Assembly: GCA_012295275.1 (NCBI GenBank)
Contig: CM022667.1
Span: 10,106,001 to 10,170,000, forward strand
Length of the DNA stretch: 64,000 nucleotides
Direction: 5' to 3'
DNA from: Chrysomallon squamiferum
Taxonomy: Eukaryota > Animalia > Mollusca
Position numbers and translations under genes: made by a program. Under the pieces are notes generated by a model that was given only the letters and a program-made list of their open reading frames with translations, was not told the origin of the DNA and ran no database searches. Within the stretch, counting starts at the first letter, position 1. Every line of letters starts with the position of its first letter. Positions 14,301 through 29,919 of the stretch are shown in pieces.

Positions 14301-15923
14301 GCCTTTTTACACAAAAACGGCCCCAAAATAATTCCAACTCCAAAATAAAAGCATAAGGCATGTGAAACTTAATAACAACAAAGCATTATTTTTGGGTTCT
14401 TTTTTTTTTTAAAAGCAGCATTAACTGCCATCAATTTTGAAACTATCATCTGCTGTAATACAATCTGACTTTTGCTTGTATCCTCAGAAATTTCCAGTTC
14501 TCTAAAACTTGGAAACTTGTTTTACATGAATCACAGACTTATCAATAAAAAACATTGACCCATCTTGATTACTTTGAGCACATCATTTATTACAATTATT
14601 TTTTTGTTTTGAAATATTAGATGGTTACCATATATTCTCCTACTACTAGCTATTCAAATAAAGCAAGCTTTCAAATTCTGTCAGTTGTCAAAAACATTAA
14701 AAAAATGTTCTACTTCATTTAAAAAGAATTATGAATTTGATTCAAAATAGACAAGTTTAGTAAATAAAGCTTTTAATATTTCCAGCTTCAGTTTCTCTCA
14801 GCTCTTGAATCTTTAATTAAATCGTTGTTTCTGTGACTGTAGGTCAACTCATAAAAAAGAGCAGACTATTCAGGTTTTAATTATCCACAAAATTAAATTT
14901 TCAGAAGGTAGTTTCAGCGTAAGATAATATCTCAGAAAGCACAAGACTGTAAATTTGTGGAGAACAAAATAATATGCACTTCCCAATTGAAAAATAATTA
15001 TAAAATGCACCTTGCCCTATTTCGCTCTTCTGGCTTTTATAGCAGCTTTCTTCCTTGTTTTTAGTTCCTGTTAGATCTGTCTGTGTTCAGTATGCAGCCA
15101 ACAAATGAATGAAGAATCTGAATCACCACCAAACCAAAAAGGTTTATGTCAGGTCATCTATGACATTTGGATTTTTCTAGTAAAATAACAAACTTCAGTC
15201 TCTGCCTAGATAATTTAGAATATGTATGTAAGAACAGACTTTAAAACAAAGGTGTATTTATTATTACATTCGGCAATTTTTCTATCAGTCGTTGGTTTTA
15301 ATTTGAGGTGCTTATTAAAAATATATTTTAATACTGTTGAATAAGAAGGTTTCGTCACATCTGTACACCTAATTCACAATTTAATCTTTTTTTTTTTATA
15401 TATTTTTTAAACTCGATTTTATTACTTGAAAAGAAGATTGGCCTGAATTAACAATAATTTAATAGGAATCCAACTTATTGAAAACAATTCGTCTTCCTAT
15501 TAATATTTCACGTTTTTCTTCTTGTGATGTGAAATTAACCGTTACCCATTATTTCATTTTTAAAGCATCGAACTGTTAGATGTTCTCAAACAATCATTTA
15601 TTTTTTCTTGTTAGATAACACTACTATAGTGAATAATTACAGTCGAAGACTGGATTTTTTTTCCATCACTTTATAAAAAATAATTTCAGAGATGCGGAAA
15701 CAAACATTTTAAATTTTTGTTTTATTATTTCTTCTTATTTCTTATATTTTATAAGTAACAGTATTTACAAGCTGTGCGATTCAAGATTTTTCTTCTTCTT
15801 CTGCCTCATTCCTTTAGTATTATTATTATTATTTTTTTTAAAATACACTCTAGCACCGAAATCACAGCAAGATAACATTACATTGTTTTGTGTTTATTTT
15901 CATATTTTTCTTCTTGGTGTGTT

Positions 15924-17316
15924 TTATGCAGTTTTTGCTCTTATCGCTGCACGTTTGCTTGTGACAGCCTGGAAACCTGATTTGATGCTGGCAACAGAGC
16001 ATCGTGAGCCACATGTCTCGCACTGAAGGAAAAACAATCTCGTGTCTTTCTGTAACAATGTGTCGGGTGATCTGCATGTGTGACATGTTACGTATTCTTC
16101 TGCAAAATTAAAAAAGTGAAAAATAAACATATATGTATATATATATTTTAAGCCTTTCTTTCTTATTATATTTTTAATTAGTAACTATCTATATACACCT
16201 GTATATTGTATACACACACACATATGATAAACATACATACAAGATATATAATTATAGAAATGTTTCAATACAAGGAAATAAGATGTTAGTGTGCAAGTAA
16301 ATTTCAAATAAAAATAATGTCCAAAAATTTCTACTGCTTTCTGAAAGTTTTAATCTTTAGTAACCAATACTGATGCTATTAGAATTTATTTTCAGAAAAG
16401 GTTGGATACAAGTCAAAAACTTGGAAATACAACAAAACATGTTTAATTAATACTTTAACATATCTTTCTGTACATTATAAAAAAAAAGCACATCCTCTCT
16501 GCAATTTTTGGAAAATGTTTTCATACTTACTAATATATCTTCTCAAAACATTTTCTATTTGTTTTTGGTTATATTTTCCTCTAATAATCAGTTGATTGTT
16601 ACCATCTACTGATCCACTGAAACACAGAATCATCAAGTTTAAATTTCAAATCCAAAAAAACCCACCAGTAAACATATTTAATATTATTCAGCGAAATGCC
16701 AATTTAAAAAAAGAAAATAATTTTTTGGAAGAAATAGTATATATTAAAAAAAAAACATCACTTATCAACTACACAATGACAAAATGTGTGCATTTTTTAT
16801 TTTCATAAAACCTCAGTATACTTTAGGTTAAAGATACAAATGATACAAAAGATACAATATTGCAATATCAATTAACAGCTCTGCAAGTGATATTTAACAA
16901 TACAGCACAATTAAAAAAAATAAAAATAAAAATAAAAAATGAAAGATGAAGGATAAATTACAGTGAAGAAATACATATTTAACTCACCTAGTTCCCAATT
17001 CAGCTAACAAAAAGGCTAAAACGTGTTTTGGCTGGCGATGAAGTCTGAAAAGAATTAAACATTAAATACAAAAATCTAAGAAAAATTCATGAGGATGTTT
17101 GTTTCAGTTATTAATTCAGACTCTTTCTATTTTTCACATTTCAAGATAAGAAAATGAATTAAAAACAAAGACTAAAAATATATAATAATAATAAATATAA
17201 AAATTTAAAACTAATTGTTAAAGTAACAAATTAACCTTGAAATACATATAATGTATTTTTAGTACATATCAATATACCCTAAACCATCAAATTATAAATT
17301 GTATGATTAAAGATAC

Positions 17317-17352
<36 letters not shown>

Positions 17353-20300
17353 AATTTACTATTAATAGCAAAATTAACAATAATTAACATTTTTGTTGCC
17401 AATTTTTAGCTGTCCTAGAAAAAAATAAACAAATAAAATTCTAAGTGTCTTAAGTATATACCGTAAGTAAATTTCATATTATTTCAGTATTAAAAATAAT
17501 TAATTGCAGGAGTCAAATGAGAATAAAATAAGGGCAAAATAAAATGTCACTACCGAAATGAAAAGAATAAATATTCAACTTACAAACGACAGATTTCTGC
17601 AAAGTTTGCGAAAGACGACTTTCTTGTGCCAACTCTGAGAACCTGAGGTGGCCGCATGACAAATTTTTTCTTCTCTCCAGCAATCATGTCTGGGTTCTTC
17701 TCCCTCATTATGTCAAACACCCGGGTTAATAACTGGAGAGAATTAAAAAAACACCCAGTAATATATGTAAGTGAGGAATAGAGAGAAAAACACACACACA
17801 AACATATGCAGCTAAAGAAGAGAAAAAGAGAGTCAAATAAACTGATTCATAGCAGTAAATAATCTTTTTTTATTCACCTTCTCATGTAAAACAATAAACT
17901 GAACAAATACATCACTATGTGCATACCGGTAACAGATGGATCAAATTCTGTTTTAAAAACAAATGACATCTTGCTGAATGCACTTTATCATCGACTGTTT
18001 TGTATGAAATTACTTCAAATCAAAAACCTAAGCAATGAGATTAATTGTTCAAAATACCTCATCATATGTGTAATCTCTATCTGAACCATGCCATGATTTC
18101 GCATTCAGTGTATTGTCTCCTGCAGAGTCGACTACGTCCTCTGAAAACAACATAGTTTTAAATTTTTAAAAATGAGAATTAAAGAAATTTTATAATTAAA
18201 TTTATTCTTACTTAGGGTGAACTTTGTGCTTCAAAATATTTTAATACAAAAGGATATTAAGTGTGAATCATATGGGTCACTGCCTACTTTATTTTTAGCA
18301 AATGATTTCTGGCACAGTCATTGGTATTTTAACCAGAAACAAAATAAAACAACTATTTAGAAGATACCATATATATATATATATATATTCACCTGTTAAA
18401 ACATAAGTAACACTAAATCAAAAACTATATTTGTTAAACATTACCATTATCTTCATCCTCTAGAACAGTTTCTTCAAAGTCAACCTTCTTCTTTTTTTTC
18501 TTCTTCTTCTTCTTTGCTGTGAAATCGAGAGAGAAATCTTCATCAACCTCATCGACAACGGCTATATTTTCTTTGTCTTCTGTTGCTGGACTGGGTGCTG
18601 GTTTGTTTGTATCCTGAAAAGATAAAAGTACACATGATACAGAATACAAAACAGGTATCTGGTAAGAAAGTGGGCACAAAAGTTGCTCAGTTTGCCACAA
18701 ATGAAAGATGAGAATTAATTGGAGAAAAATACAAATTTAGATTCAACTGGTGAAAACAAGAACTATTTTAAAATAGAAATTACTTTTAAATTGAGAAATA
18801 TTTAAAATACAAATCAATCTAAAATTAATTAATGGTGCCTCAGAAAAATTCCAAGACCCCCCTCCACCACTCAAAAAAAAACTAAAATGTATTTACAAAA
18901 ATGGTTAGAGACTAAAAACAAATTATTATTACTATTAGTTTGGTTATCTTTGTTTCAAAATTACTCACAGGGACTGCTTCTGCCATTTCATCTAAATTAA
19001 ATGGTGTTTTCTTTTTCTTCTTCTTCTTCATACCAGCAAAATCAAGTGAAACATCTACATCTGGAGAAAAAAAAAATATTAGTGTGAATAAGCAGTGATT
19101 TTTAAGCATCAACATTTCTCATATTTCAGTTCTTATCAGGATCATTTTCTAGTTTCTTCTAGATGCAACAGCCAACTCTAGAGTAATCATTCTGTTAAAG
19201 AAGTAACTTTCAGCATATGATTTTTCTAATCTCTTTATGCAAACAGACATTTTCCACTGCAAATCAACAGGGTACACTTATTATCTGCTTGCTTCACATA
19301 AATTCGACCCATTTATTTTCTCCAATACACTAAGTCACAGTAAGTTCACCATGCTTCTTTCTTAAAACAACATAAATGAAGCATAAACAGACTAAATTAT
19401 GATTTTGATTTGAATTCTATACATTAAATCTTTTACAGTTTCATTAACAATACACAGTTTTATTAAATGGTATGTGATCTGTATTATTTATGGCAGAAGG
19501 AATTAGCTATCTCTGGAAGTATAATTATCATGAACAACTACGAACTGGGAGAGCTGGTGAATGCCGGTTATTTGATGGGGAAAATGAGCTACAGGCACAA
19601 TGATCTTTATTAGATTATATGAATATATCACATACAAACACACACATCAAAAGTACTTTCTTCCCAAGATGAATCATGTTGCCACCATCTTTTTTTTAAC
19701 ATAGTTAAAAACAATTTACAAAAACATTTGGCAAAACAATTCAAGTGAACAAAAAAGAAGAAAAAATGATTTTAAGAAAACTTGTAATCTGAACATACCA
19801 ACATCTGTCTTCTCTTTTTTCTTTCTCAGATCCACCATCGCTAGTGGGTTCATCCACAGCTGAAGATGAAGGTGCTCCATCAGCTGCGTCACTGTCAACC
19901 ATTGCAAGATCGAACGGCATTTTCTTCTTCTTCTTCTTTTTTTTCAAGGCAGGATTAAAAGGTAACTGAAACAAAATAATGAAACCAATTCAAAAACTTT
20001 TAACACTAATCAGGTTCACTTTCTGTACACGATCAAAGCTTACAATATAATAATTACGTGAAATGAAGTAAAGTGTTATATTCAAGTTTTTGCTCACTGA
20101 TACTCTGTTTGCAGAAAATACTAACTGAATAAAATGATTAGCAGAATCTCGTTTCAAAAATACAAGTAGCATCCAGTTCTGTTAACTCATGTCTGATTTA
20201 TTTAAGTACTAGTATAGTGAATCACAATGAGGTGTAAGGGCTACTATTGCCAATTTTAATAAAGGAATCAAGCATGAAAGAGAATTTTGGTTTTTCAAAG

Positions 20301-21303
20301 TTTTCATCTGCAAAATTGAGTTAACATATAAAATTAAATCATTTAATAACGATTTGAATAAATAAATAAATAAAAACAAGATGAGAAAAAATATACAACA
20401 CAGTTTGAGCAACAAAGCTTTAAAAAAAAAAAAATGTATGCACTGCCAAATGGTTATTACTTGATGATGTTAGCATAGAGATTTACTGGTATCTCTTTTC
20501 AGTTTACATTTTGTGTTTTTGTATGTATAACGACATGCTCACTTTTGTGCTAGAAGCAAACTCAAATATGACCAATTCAAACAGTATATAAAACTAAAAT
20601 TATTATTAAATAATATTAAGTATTTTAGCTGGAATCACTGCCAAATGTATGACTGTCAAAAAAGTAGTCACCAAACATGTGACAGAAAACCAGCAATATT
20701 GATACAATTTTACAACCCTGAGCTATTCTCTATCAGAGGGTACTTAAGGAATACTAATGATCAAGGAGTTATTCACATTATAAAATGCACACTTTAAAAA
20801 ATTATCTAATAGTTCCATCTCAAATATAAAACATTTAGTTGATTTTCATCATCATGATCATGTGTGACAATGTGTTCAAGCTGAAAACTTTTGATTTAAT
20901 TGCACTGCCCGCGAGCTTAGAAATAGTCTAGCAGTATTTATACACATTTTGGTATTTTTAAAAAAAATGAATTTGTATTTTTACACACTTTTCGACCATA
21001 AATTATTCTGTTATCAAAGCCAAATAGTGAAATACAGATTCATTTTCACAGTCGTTCATTTTAGAACGAAAATAGCTACTCTTTCACTTGGTGTTCATTC
21101 TTTTAAACGATTAATTACTCTACGCAAAACTTGTACATAATCATAGTAGAAATCTGGGGTACTCTGAAGCATTTAATACATAAGCAATCTGGTGATCAAA
21201 AGTGTACCGCATGCTGAAAGTCGCCGCCATATTTTTGTTAACTACCACATCTCGATTCTTCATTTATCATTATTCTTATACCCACCAATTCGTCTTCAGC
21301 CAT
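15924..21303 (-). CDS. EIF2S2: Eukaryotic translation initiation factor 2 subunit beta (eIF2-beta)
   Basis: Exons 21286-21303 (MAEDEL), ~19799/19803-19965, 18969-19060 and 18445-18613 (three poly-Lys K-boxes), 18058-18140 (SDRDYTYDE), 17584-17732 ([25 protein letters not shown]), 16988-17044 (LHRQPKH..AELGT), 16531-16616 ([11 protein letters not shown]), 15924-16099 ([19 protein letters not shown] zinc finger, stop). The end of exon 2 has a phase ambiguity (see findings). Confidence 0.96.
21223..21234 (-). promoter_or_regulatory. YY1-type motif near the eIF2-beta 5' end
   Basis: GCCGCCATATTT (AAATATGGCGGC on the minus strand) ~50 bp into intron 1. It matches the YY1 consensus common in housekeeping and translation genes. 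Motif match only. Confidence 0.4.
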
Positions 21304-22795
21304 TGTGTCGTGGTAGTTCTGTATAAATGATGTAAACTTTAGGTTTATCAAAAGAAATGCCCTATTTACAAATATTTCTCTACAATTGCGTCAATTTTAC
21401 ACGCAAAAGTCTTGCATCAGATGAAATCGTTAACTGGTACTTTTCATCTATTAGAAACCATTCTAAACCCAACGGCGAACAGAGAGCAGCGCACTCAATG
21501 ATATCAGTTAATTAAAGGGAAATAAGTCTACCATACGTTCAGTTTCGGTTACAGTATGTCGTATTATACAAAATACTAGCATTCAAACGCAAATTAAAAC
21601 AAAATATCTAAATTTATACTAATCTTGATTGGTAGTGTTATAAACAAAATACTTGATAATCAAATTACAGCATGCTATATTTATTATTATAACAATTAAT
21701 TGTCTACATGTAATACAAACTAATTAATATATATAAATGAAAATCAAAAACAAAAATTAATGAAAAAAATAATAAAAACATAAAACAATTACTATTTTAT
21801 GCATTATATTTATTATTTTATATGTATAAAATATATTAAGAAACCTCTGAAAATATAAATTTCTGATATAATAAAATTTATCATACAACAATCATTAAGC
21901 AGATAATGAAATAATTCAAATATGAACATCATGATTCATAACAATTAACAAAAAACAGTGAATAATTTTATTTAATGGATACCCTGCTTATATTTTTGTT
22001 TTAATATTACTGTTCACTGGAAGGTTATCCTTTAATTTTAAAAATTAATTACCACACGTTTTAATTTAGTACATTTTAATGGTTTCTGTTTTTGCTAGTA
22101 CCAGTAATTTCTGATTTAAAAGGATATTTAATTAATAATTCGTACAAAACAAGTACAAAAAAAAAATGTTCTTCTGACAATTATTTATTTTTATTAATAT
22201 CAAAGAGAAAAAAAAGGAATAATTAGAAGTTTTATACAAAAATTACAAATTGTATAGATTTGATTCAATAGTTTGTTTCATTTGTATATTATGTGTAATA
22301 TGACAACAGAAAGAAAAGAAATGAAACCTGAGTTTGTTTGAATTCTGGTTAACAATTTGTGCTAATACGAAATTATGAAAATAAAATAACAACTCGGGAA
22401 GATCCTTGGGTAGCTTAAACATTAAAACAACGAAAACAAGAACAAAAATTTGTATACAAATATTAAAAACAAAATTATAAAAAAAACTAAAAATCCTCAG
22501 TCTTTGAGGAATTAATTTTATTATATATATATATATCTAAATCTATATATATATGTGGTGAAAACAATGTCAGAATAAAATGAAGAAAAATATGTGAGAC
22601 TCCACATTGTCAACTATAATTTTTAGTATTATGATACATAGTAATAACAGAGATAAAAAAAAATAATATTTTATAACATTTTGTTATTCATCTTTCTGGT
22701 ATATCACATAACGTGCGGAGATACAACTGATGCCGACAAAGTCTTCTTGTAAACAGGAGGACCAGCAACAATTTAACATTTATGATAATTACGTT

Positions 22796-23586
22796 TCATG
22801 AAGCGGTTTTAGTTTTGTCACAGACAAGAAAGGGTGAGTCTATACAAGCAAACCCAGCACAGATTCCACCTTCGTCAGTCGATGCGTCCTTTGTCCTCAA
22901 CATGTGACCACATTCTGAGTTCATTATTTCTTTATCCGAGGACCTGATGACAGAAAAATATTTAAATGCATTAAGATCTGTTGTGAACAATAATTGACAG
23001 CCTAAAACAAAATAATAGCTTTAAAGTATACATTATTTTTATTACGCTACTAATTCATAACCTAACAGGTTCACTAGTAATATATCCACTGCCATGAAAA
23101 AAAAAAAAAAAAAACAATGATAAAACAAAACTCACCCAATATAGACTCCATAGATTCCCAGTTCACTGATCACACTGGACAAAACAAAAGGAATTCCTGA
23201 TTTGACAAGGTAGTTTTTCTGAGGAACTGGGAATATCCGCTCCATCAAGATGTATGCATTACGTTCAGTTGAATTTTCATGCTTTTTTAGAAATGCTGGA
23301 ATGTCGTCACCATAGAGATTGTTGCCTGGAAACATAAAAATAACTCATTTCTTAATTAAAACTTGGTGATGATGATAATAATGACGATGATGATGATCCT
23401 GCCACTTTATTTATATTTCCATCAATCTACCTACCTACCTACCTATCTCTTTCAATCTTAATCTCTATCTTTCTGTATCTATCCCTCTATGTATATATCC
23501 ATTCATCTATCTGCCCATCTGTATTATGTCTTTCTGTATGTTCCTGGGTGTATACATCTGAGGGTCTGTTTGTGCATGTGTTTCTA

Positions 23587-23623
<37 letters not shown>

Positions 23624-24580
23624 ATGTTTGTGTATGTGCACATAAGTATGTACATCTGTATGTATGTATGTACGTATTTTAAAAACAAACCTCCTCCTTC
23701 CCGCTGTGGTTTCAGAACATACTTATGTGGATTACTGACTGCCTGGTTCACAGCCTTGTCTCCCTCCTCACCCAGATCCAACGTGTACTGACCCACAAAC
23801 GTCTGCCTCACTCTCAAGATGGCTTCTTTATCTGACAGAAAGTGTTCTAGGTTTCCTGGTCGTGCTAGTTCCTGTTGGATTTTCTTGGTTCCAGTCAGAT
23901 GGTACTGGATGGATGGACACTTGATGGCACACGATCTCTCTAAAGTTAGTCTGGCATCCCAGTCCTTGTAAACAATGAATTAATGTTTATAAAGGCAACA
24001 AGTTTGATTAATAATTATTACTAGTGTTAAACATGTCTTGTTGTGATTTATTTTTGGAAAAGTCAGAGATATACATTTGAAAATGCAAGATAAAAATAAT
24101 AAGAAATTTATTTTGTAGTTGTTTTGTATAAAATGAAAGGTTAAGTGTTTTATTATTATTATTATTTTTTAAAATTTTATATTACTTTATGTATTTCAAA
24201 CTTTAAAAATATATAATAAAAAAATGGTTTTTTGGGGTATATCTTAACTTTGAAACTGCCTCTATAGAAATGTTTTCATTATCATATGATTAATTTTATC
24301 AAATAAATAAATAACTAAATAAATAAATAAATAACTAGATAAATAAATAAATAAATAAATAACTAGATAAATAAATAAATAAATGTAAGTTTTTGATAAT
24401 GAATAAAATTAAATGTCAAGGATAAAAATAAAATACATTTTAAATTAATAAACCAAAACCTTGTTTGACTTAAAACTATCTGGACTGTATCCTGATCTGA
24501 AGTAAATCACAGCAACTTCTTCTTTGTTTCTTAAAAAAACAAAACAAAACAACCAAACAATAAAGAAGTAATTAGTATAA

Positions 24581-24612
<32 letters not shown>

Positions 24613-25257
24613 TGTTTCCATGCAACAATCTGTATGGTTTCTGAAAACTGTTTGTAAAAAAAAATCAAGAAACTAACTGATAGCTGAAGTTAAACCACCC
24701 ACCCCAAAACCACAAAGAAGAATCCAAATATAATTTTTCTCCACAGTAACTGTAAAGAAAATACAACCAATCCTTAAATTTTCTATATATATATATATAT
24801 ATAAATATTGTGTGTGTGTGTGTGTGTGTGTGTGATTTTTATTTATTTATGCTTTTATTATTTTTATTTTTTTATGGGTTTTTTTCATTTTCATTTTGTT
24901 TTTGAAATAAAATAACGAAAAAAACAAAAAGTACATTTTCATGCAAAGTCAAGATACTGACATTCTTTATTATTAGATAAAGTAAAACATCAGAGTATGG
25001 CATGTTAATGGATTGGTTTACCACATTAGGCAGTCTTTTCTTTTTAAATTCAACACTTGTAACTTACATGATTAAGATTCTGTCCTTTGTAAGCTGACCT
25101 TGTTGATGGACGTCAGCAAATGTTTTACGAATAACTCTGATTTTTGGTTCAATATCACATGCTTTGAACTCTAACCATCTTTGATCAATAATATTTCTTT
25201 CATCATCAGAGACAAGAAACAAGATTACTGCCCTGAATGAATGAATGAATGAATGAA

Positions 25258-25308
<51 letters not shown>

Positions 25309-28300
25309 GTAGTAGTAGTAGTAGTAGTAGTACTAGTAGTAGTAGTAGTAGTACGAATAGTAGTAGTAATAGTAATAGTAACAATAATAGTAACAATAAT
25401 AGTTATAATAATAATATTATTATTAATAACAGCAGTAGTAGTAGTAGTAGTAGTAACAGATATTCTTTTTGTTTCACTCTCCTGGTATTTTAAAAGATAT
25501 TTATTGAAATTATCAGCAATATTATAACTTAAAAAAAAAAAAAAAAAATTAATTATGTAGGAAAAATTTACTTTGGATTTCCATACACCTCCCATGCTTT
25601 TACTAAACCACGAGCCATATGATGTGCTGGTTCATTTGGTGGAATCTGTACAAAAAATAAATATTACCAAACACATATATATATACTTTAAAGTGTACCC
25701 ATGTTAGTTCAAAATAAATGGTGTAATAACATTCATTATGCTTGCAAATTATTATTTTACTGTTTTGAGCAACCTATCACTTCTCATATCAAGGTAAAAA
25801 AAAAAAATAATAATACTATTACAAAACATATTAAAGTCACCATCTTTACTGGAGTCATGATATTCTTCTGGGCATAGATAACCAAACAAACATTTTTAAA
25901 AAAGCAGCACTGGAACAAATCTGACATGAAACCAGTGTATTTTGTGTTCAGTGAGATCCTGACTACAGAAAACTGGCTGAAGTTAGATGATTTTATTCTG
26001 TTTTAGTGAAATACTTATTTGTTGTTATACTTAGTTATTAACAAAAAAGTACAGAGAATATAGCTTAAGCATTTCTTATCATGATGGAAACTCTCTAAAT
26101 AACATTTTTAAGCATCTCACATTATGGCATGTCTTGTTAAAAAAAGTAGAACCAGGCTTCCTTTCTTGAAAATATTAAAATATATATATATATTTTCTTT
26201 ACCACCTAACAATAGGTACCAATATGGGTATCTTCATTTGTCATAACAAAAAACTGAACTGTGGTTTAGATAATTAATACCCTGGAACAGTATGGACCTG
26301 ATGAAAACATGATACTCCAGACACCAGATATTACATTAGAAATAAATGTTTACAGTAGTGTTACTCCAGAGTTTAATATTAAGAATATATTCAAGTGTGG
26401 TCAAATAAAAATCGATTATTATTTCACAATAATGAAAGTGCATACCTGACTTGATTCAAAAGGGCATTGTACCTGACCCAAACTAAATCTGAAAAATATT
26501 AAAATTAATGTAATTAATTATAATTATACTAATCTTAGTTATCTTAATTACTACAATATAATTGTAATTACAATAATCTGGGGATAAACTTTAATTATTA
26601 TGGTATTATTATAATAATTATAAGTCTTAACAGGAATTTTAATTATTGTTATTATCATGATTTCATATACATTTATTAGTATTGTATTCTTCCAAACTAT
26701 ATCATGAATTGTTGTTCTCTTGAATTATGATACTTGGTAAATAATTGATTTCTTAAATATGATTATATTGCCATGATTTTTTTTCTTCTAAAAAAACTGA
26801 CTTTAAATATAATATTTAATTATTATTATTATCTTGAATTAATAATTTTATTTCTTCCTTTTTTTTTTCTTCAGAAAATGACATCTAAAATTATGCCATT
26901 CATTATTTTAATTTGCATTTTCAAATGTATATCTCCTACTTTACCAAAAATATTATTATACTGAATTGATAATTGAGATAAAGAAAAATTAATTCATTTG
27001 GTGCCAGACTTTGGTGCAACACATACATCCCAGGATCACCTATTTTTTGGTGAAAAATACCTGATCTTATCTCTGCTGTATATAAAACAGACAAAATTAT
27101 GATTATAGTTATTTCTTGCACAACACCATCTAGCATGTGAAATATTAGGACTTTACTTAAGCTAGTGTTTTTTGTGGAGATATCTTTTCAACACTGGTCT
27201 TCTAGCGTGACAAAAATATGTTGCCAATGGCAACAAAAGGACCAAAACCTACCTGTGCAGATTGACAACAGCTGTGGCGGAGCCCATGAAACTTGAAGCA
27301 ATGGCGTTGAATTCTATCTGTTTCGGCAGTTGACTTCCGTCAGGTTGTTTGTCCAACATGAAATCATTGCGGAAAAGTCCCAAGCTGACTGGCTGAAATT
27401 TAATACAGATTATTTCAGAAGACATAAAAAAAGGATTAATAAATTGTAAATCACACAGGCACAATGCAGGGAAAGATCCAGGATTTAAAATAAATGAAAT
27501 AAAAAAACAAAGCAAAAAAAAAAAAAAAATCATGGAATGCCATAAATGTCGTAAAGGTAAATTTCAGGATAAAATGAGTTTTGTTATAAAGAAAAAACAC
27601 ATGAATTCCATCTTTCTGCCACAAATAAAGTTATTTCGCAGCAAACTGGTTCTTACATGGATCTATAGTTTTAACAGCTGTAGAATGTTCGGCAATGTTC
27701 AATAGGTTACAAGCTGTCATTTCTCTGTTCTACTGATTATCTGGTATCTTAAGACAATTCATCATACTGTGTTACCTACTGGAATACAAATGATTCTTCG
27801 GGTCCATTGATAATGTTAACTAATAATTTTAGCTTTATATACATTTTCATTCATTTTTTTTTTTTTTTATATATATAATAAAAAAAAAAAAAAAAAAAAA
27901 CAACCAAACAAGCAAATAAACCTCAAAAAAGCTAATTCATTATTTAAAAAATAAAAACAGTGTAAAAAAAAAAAAATAAAAATAATAGCCTAAAAAGAAT
28001 CAATCTTATACATTAGTATTTATTTTGATTTATTTTGCCAATTATTCTTTTTCGTCATAGTGCTTTTATTGTAGACATGTAGAAATTATTTTCATTTATT
28101 TCAACAACAACAAAAAAAAAAATTAAAAAGAAAATTAAATACCTGAGCAAAGCCTTCTTTTTGTACTGTTGTATATATTTCCCATAAATGTTTTGTAAAA
28201 TCATCAACTTGAACAACACTGAAGATATTAAAAAGTGATTAATTACACTGAAAGATTCCATACCAATTATAAAAGGTTAATTTACATAAAAAAAAAAATA

Positions 28301-29386
28301 ATAACATGATCATCAAAATATAAGGTTGAAATATGAAGTTGAAATTAAAAATAATACTTTCTGTCAACATAAAACTTGTTCATATATATATAATATTATA
28401 CATAAAGCAAAAAAAAAACCCCCAAAATCCCAACTATGTTCACAAAATTCATTATTTGTTGCTGATTTAGAAATGATAATAACACACTAACTTCTTTAGA
28501 GAGTGTTCTAGAAAGTCATGATCGTGTGCTACCAAATGCATCAGTCTGTTGAAATCAGTCATGCTGTTTTTGGCCTTCAGAAAGGCATCTCGTGGAACAG
28601 TACTTGGAAACAAAGCAAATGGCAGAAACTCAACTGTGTTGTCAGAGTTCTGATCTGCTGCAGGTTGCAATGAGATTCCTGAAAGAAAATACCAGATGTA
28701 TACCAAAAAACAGTGGTGAAGAATCTTCAGCTGTATGTGTCTGTGCGTGTATAGCTTTTAGTATGTGTATGTATCTGTGTGTATGTCTATCATATAGATG
28801 TCAATATGTGTGTGTGTGTGTATTTGTTTATGTAGATCTTAATATGTGTAAGTATGTTTGACTGCATGTATGTAAAGGAAGTTGTGTATATATTATGTCC
28901 AATAAGAAGAAAAAAAAGAAAGAAAAAAAAAAAAACCCATTAAAATATATAATTTAATCAGCAAAATTTTATATACCTGGACATGTTTATACATTAATAT
29001 TTTTAGTTTGTTTGTGTCTACTTCCATTTATGTGTATAATCATATGTCTATATGTAAATGTATTTCTGTGTTTGTGTGTGTTTATTATATAAAAACAAGC
29101 ATTTGACACTTTTTACATATATGCATGTATATACTATGCTTAATAATCTTTGGTAGAGAAAAACTTGAAAATACATAAAATAAAAATGGAAGAAAACAAT
29201 TGGGGATGAAAAAAAGAATGATTTACATGTTCAGGCATTTCAGTTCTAATTGAACAACGTTTCATAATAATTATAACTTTAATCAAGATATTTACCATTA
29301 CACAATGCAAAGTCTTTGCATTTCATTAAAACATCTTGCAGTCTTTGCTCAGTTGGAGAAACTCTTGATCCAAAACAGGTTGCCAT
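22796..29386 (-). CDS. GSS: Glutathione synthetase (eukaryotic type)
   Basis: Exons 29296-29386, 28492-28678 (PFALFPS), 28143-28218, 27253-27392 ([21 protein letters not shown]), 26446-26488, 25572-25645, 25068-25232 (ERNIIDQR), 24460-24529 ([12 protein letters not shown]), 23691-23964 ([30 protein letters not shown]), 23136-23325 ([20 protein letters not shown]), 22796-22943 (GHMLRTK..EGGICAG). All phases are consistent. Confidence 0.96.
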
Positions 29387-29919
29387 TTTGTTCATATAAT
29401 TATTTTCTTCTGTAATCTTAAAATATTTAATAAAAGTATTTAAAAACTCACATGTACATAAAAAACACATATATACTGATTAATATATTAACTATACTCA
29501 TCTTAAATGCTATACATCAAGAAAACATAAACAGAATAAAAATATACTTCATATATCATTTATATTACATACACACAGTCATACACGCACAAATACACAT
29601 CCATATTGAATTGTATGCTTACAAAAATAAAACATAATATATTTTCAAACGTCGATTTTTTTTACCTTAAAATTAAAATAAACAGTTTATTAATTTATTT
29701 AATTTAATTTTTTTTCTTTTGTTTTTTGTTTTGTTAATTATTACTCAACTCGCATTTTAGCAATATAATAATAGCTTAAGAAGACTGAGCCCTACATTTT
29801 GCACAGTCATCCTTTCTAAACTGCAGTCATTATTGAAAATAAAAGTTTTGACAGCCACTTCACGGCACAGTAATATCAACAGTTAAAATATATATTCCAT
29901 TTACCAAAAAAGGATACCA

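Noticed and set aside
20730-20855. Possible intronic C/D-box snoRNA in eIF2-beta (ATGATGA...CTGA on the minus strand)
   Set aside because: No convincing terminal stem or recognisable rRNA guide. The boxes can occur by chance. A snoscan/Infernal search would be needed.
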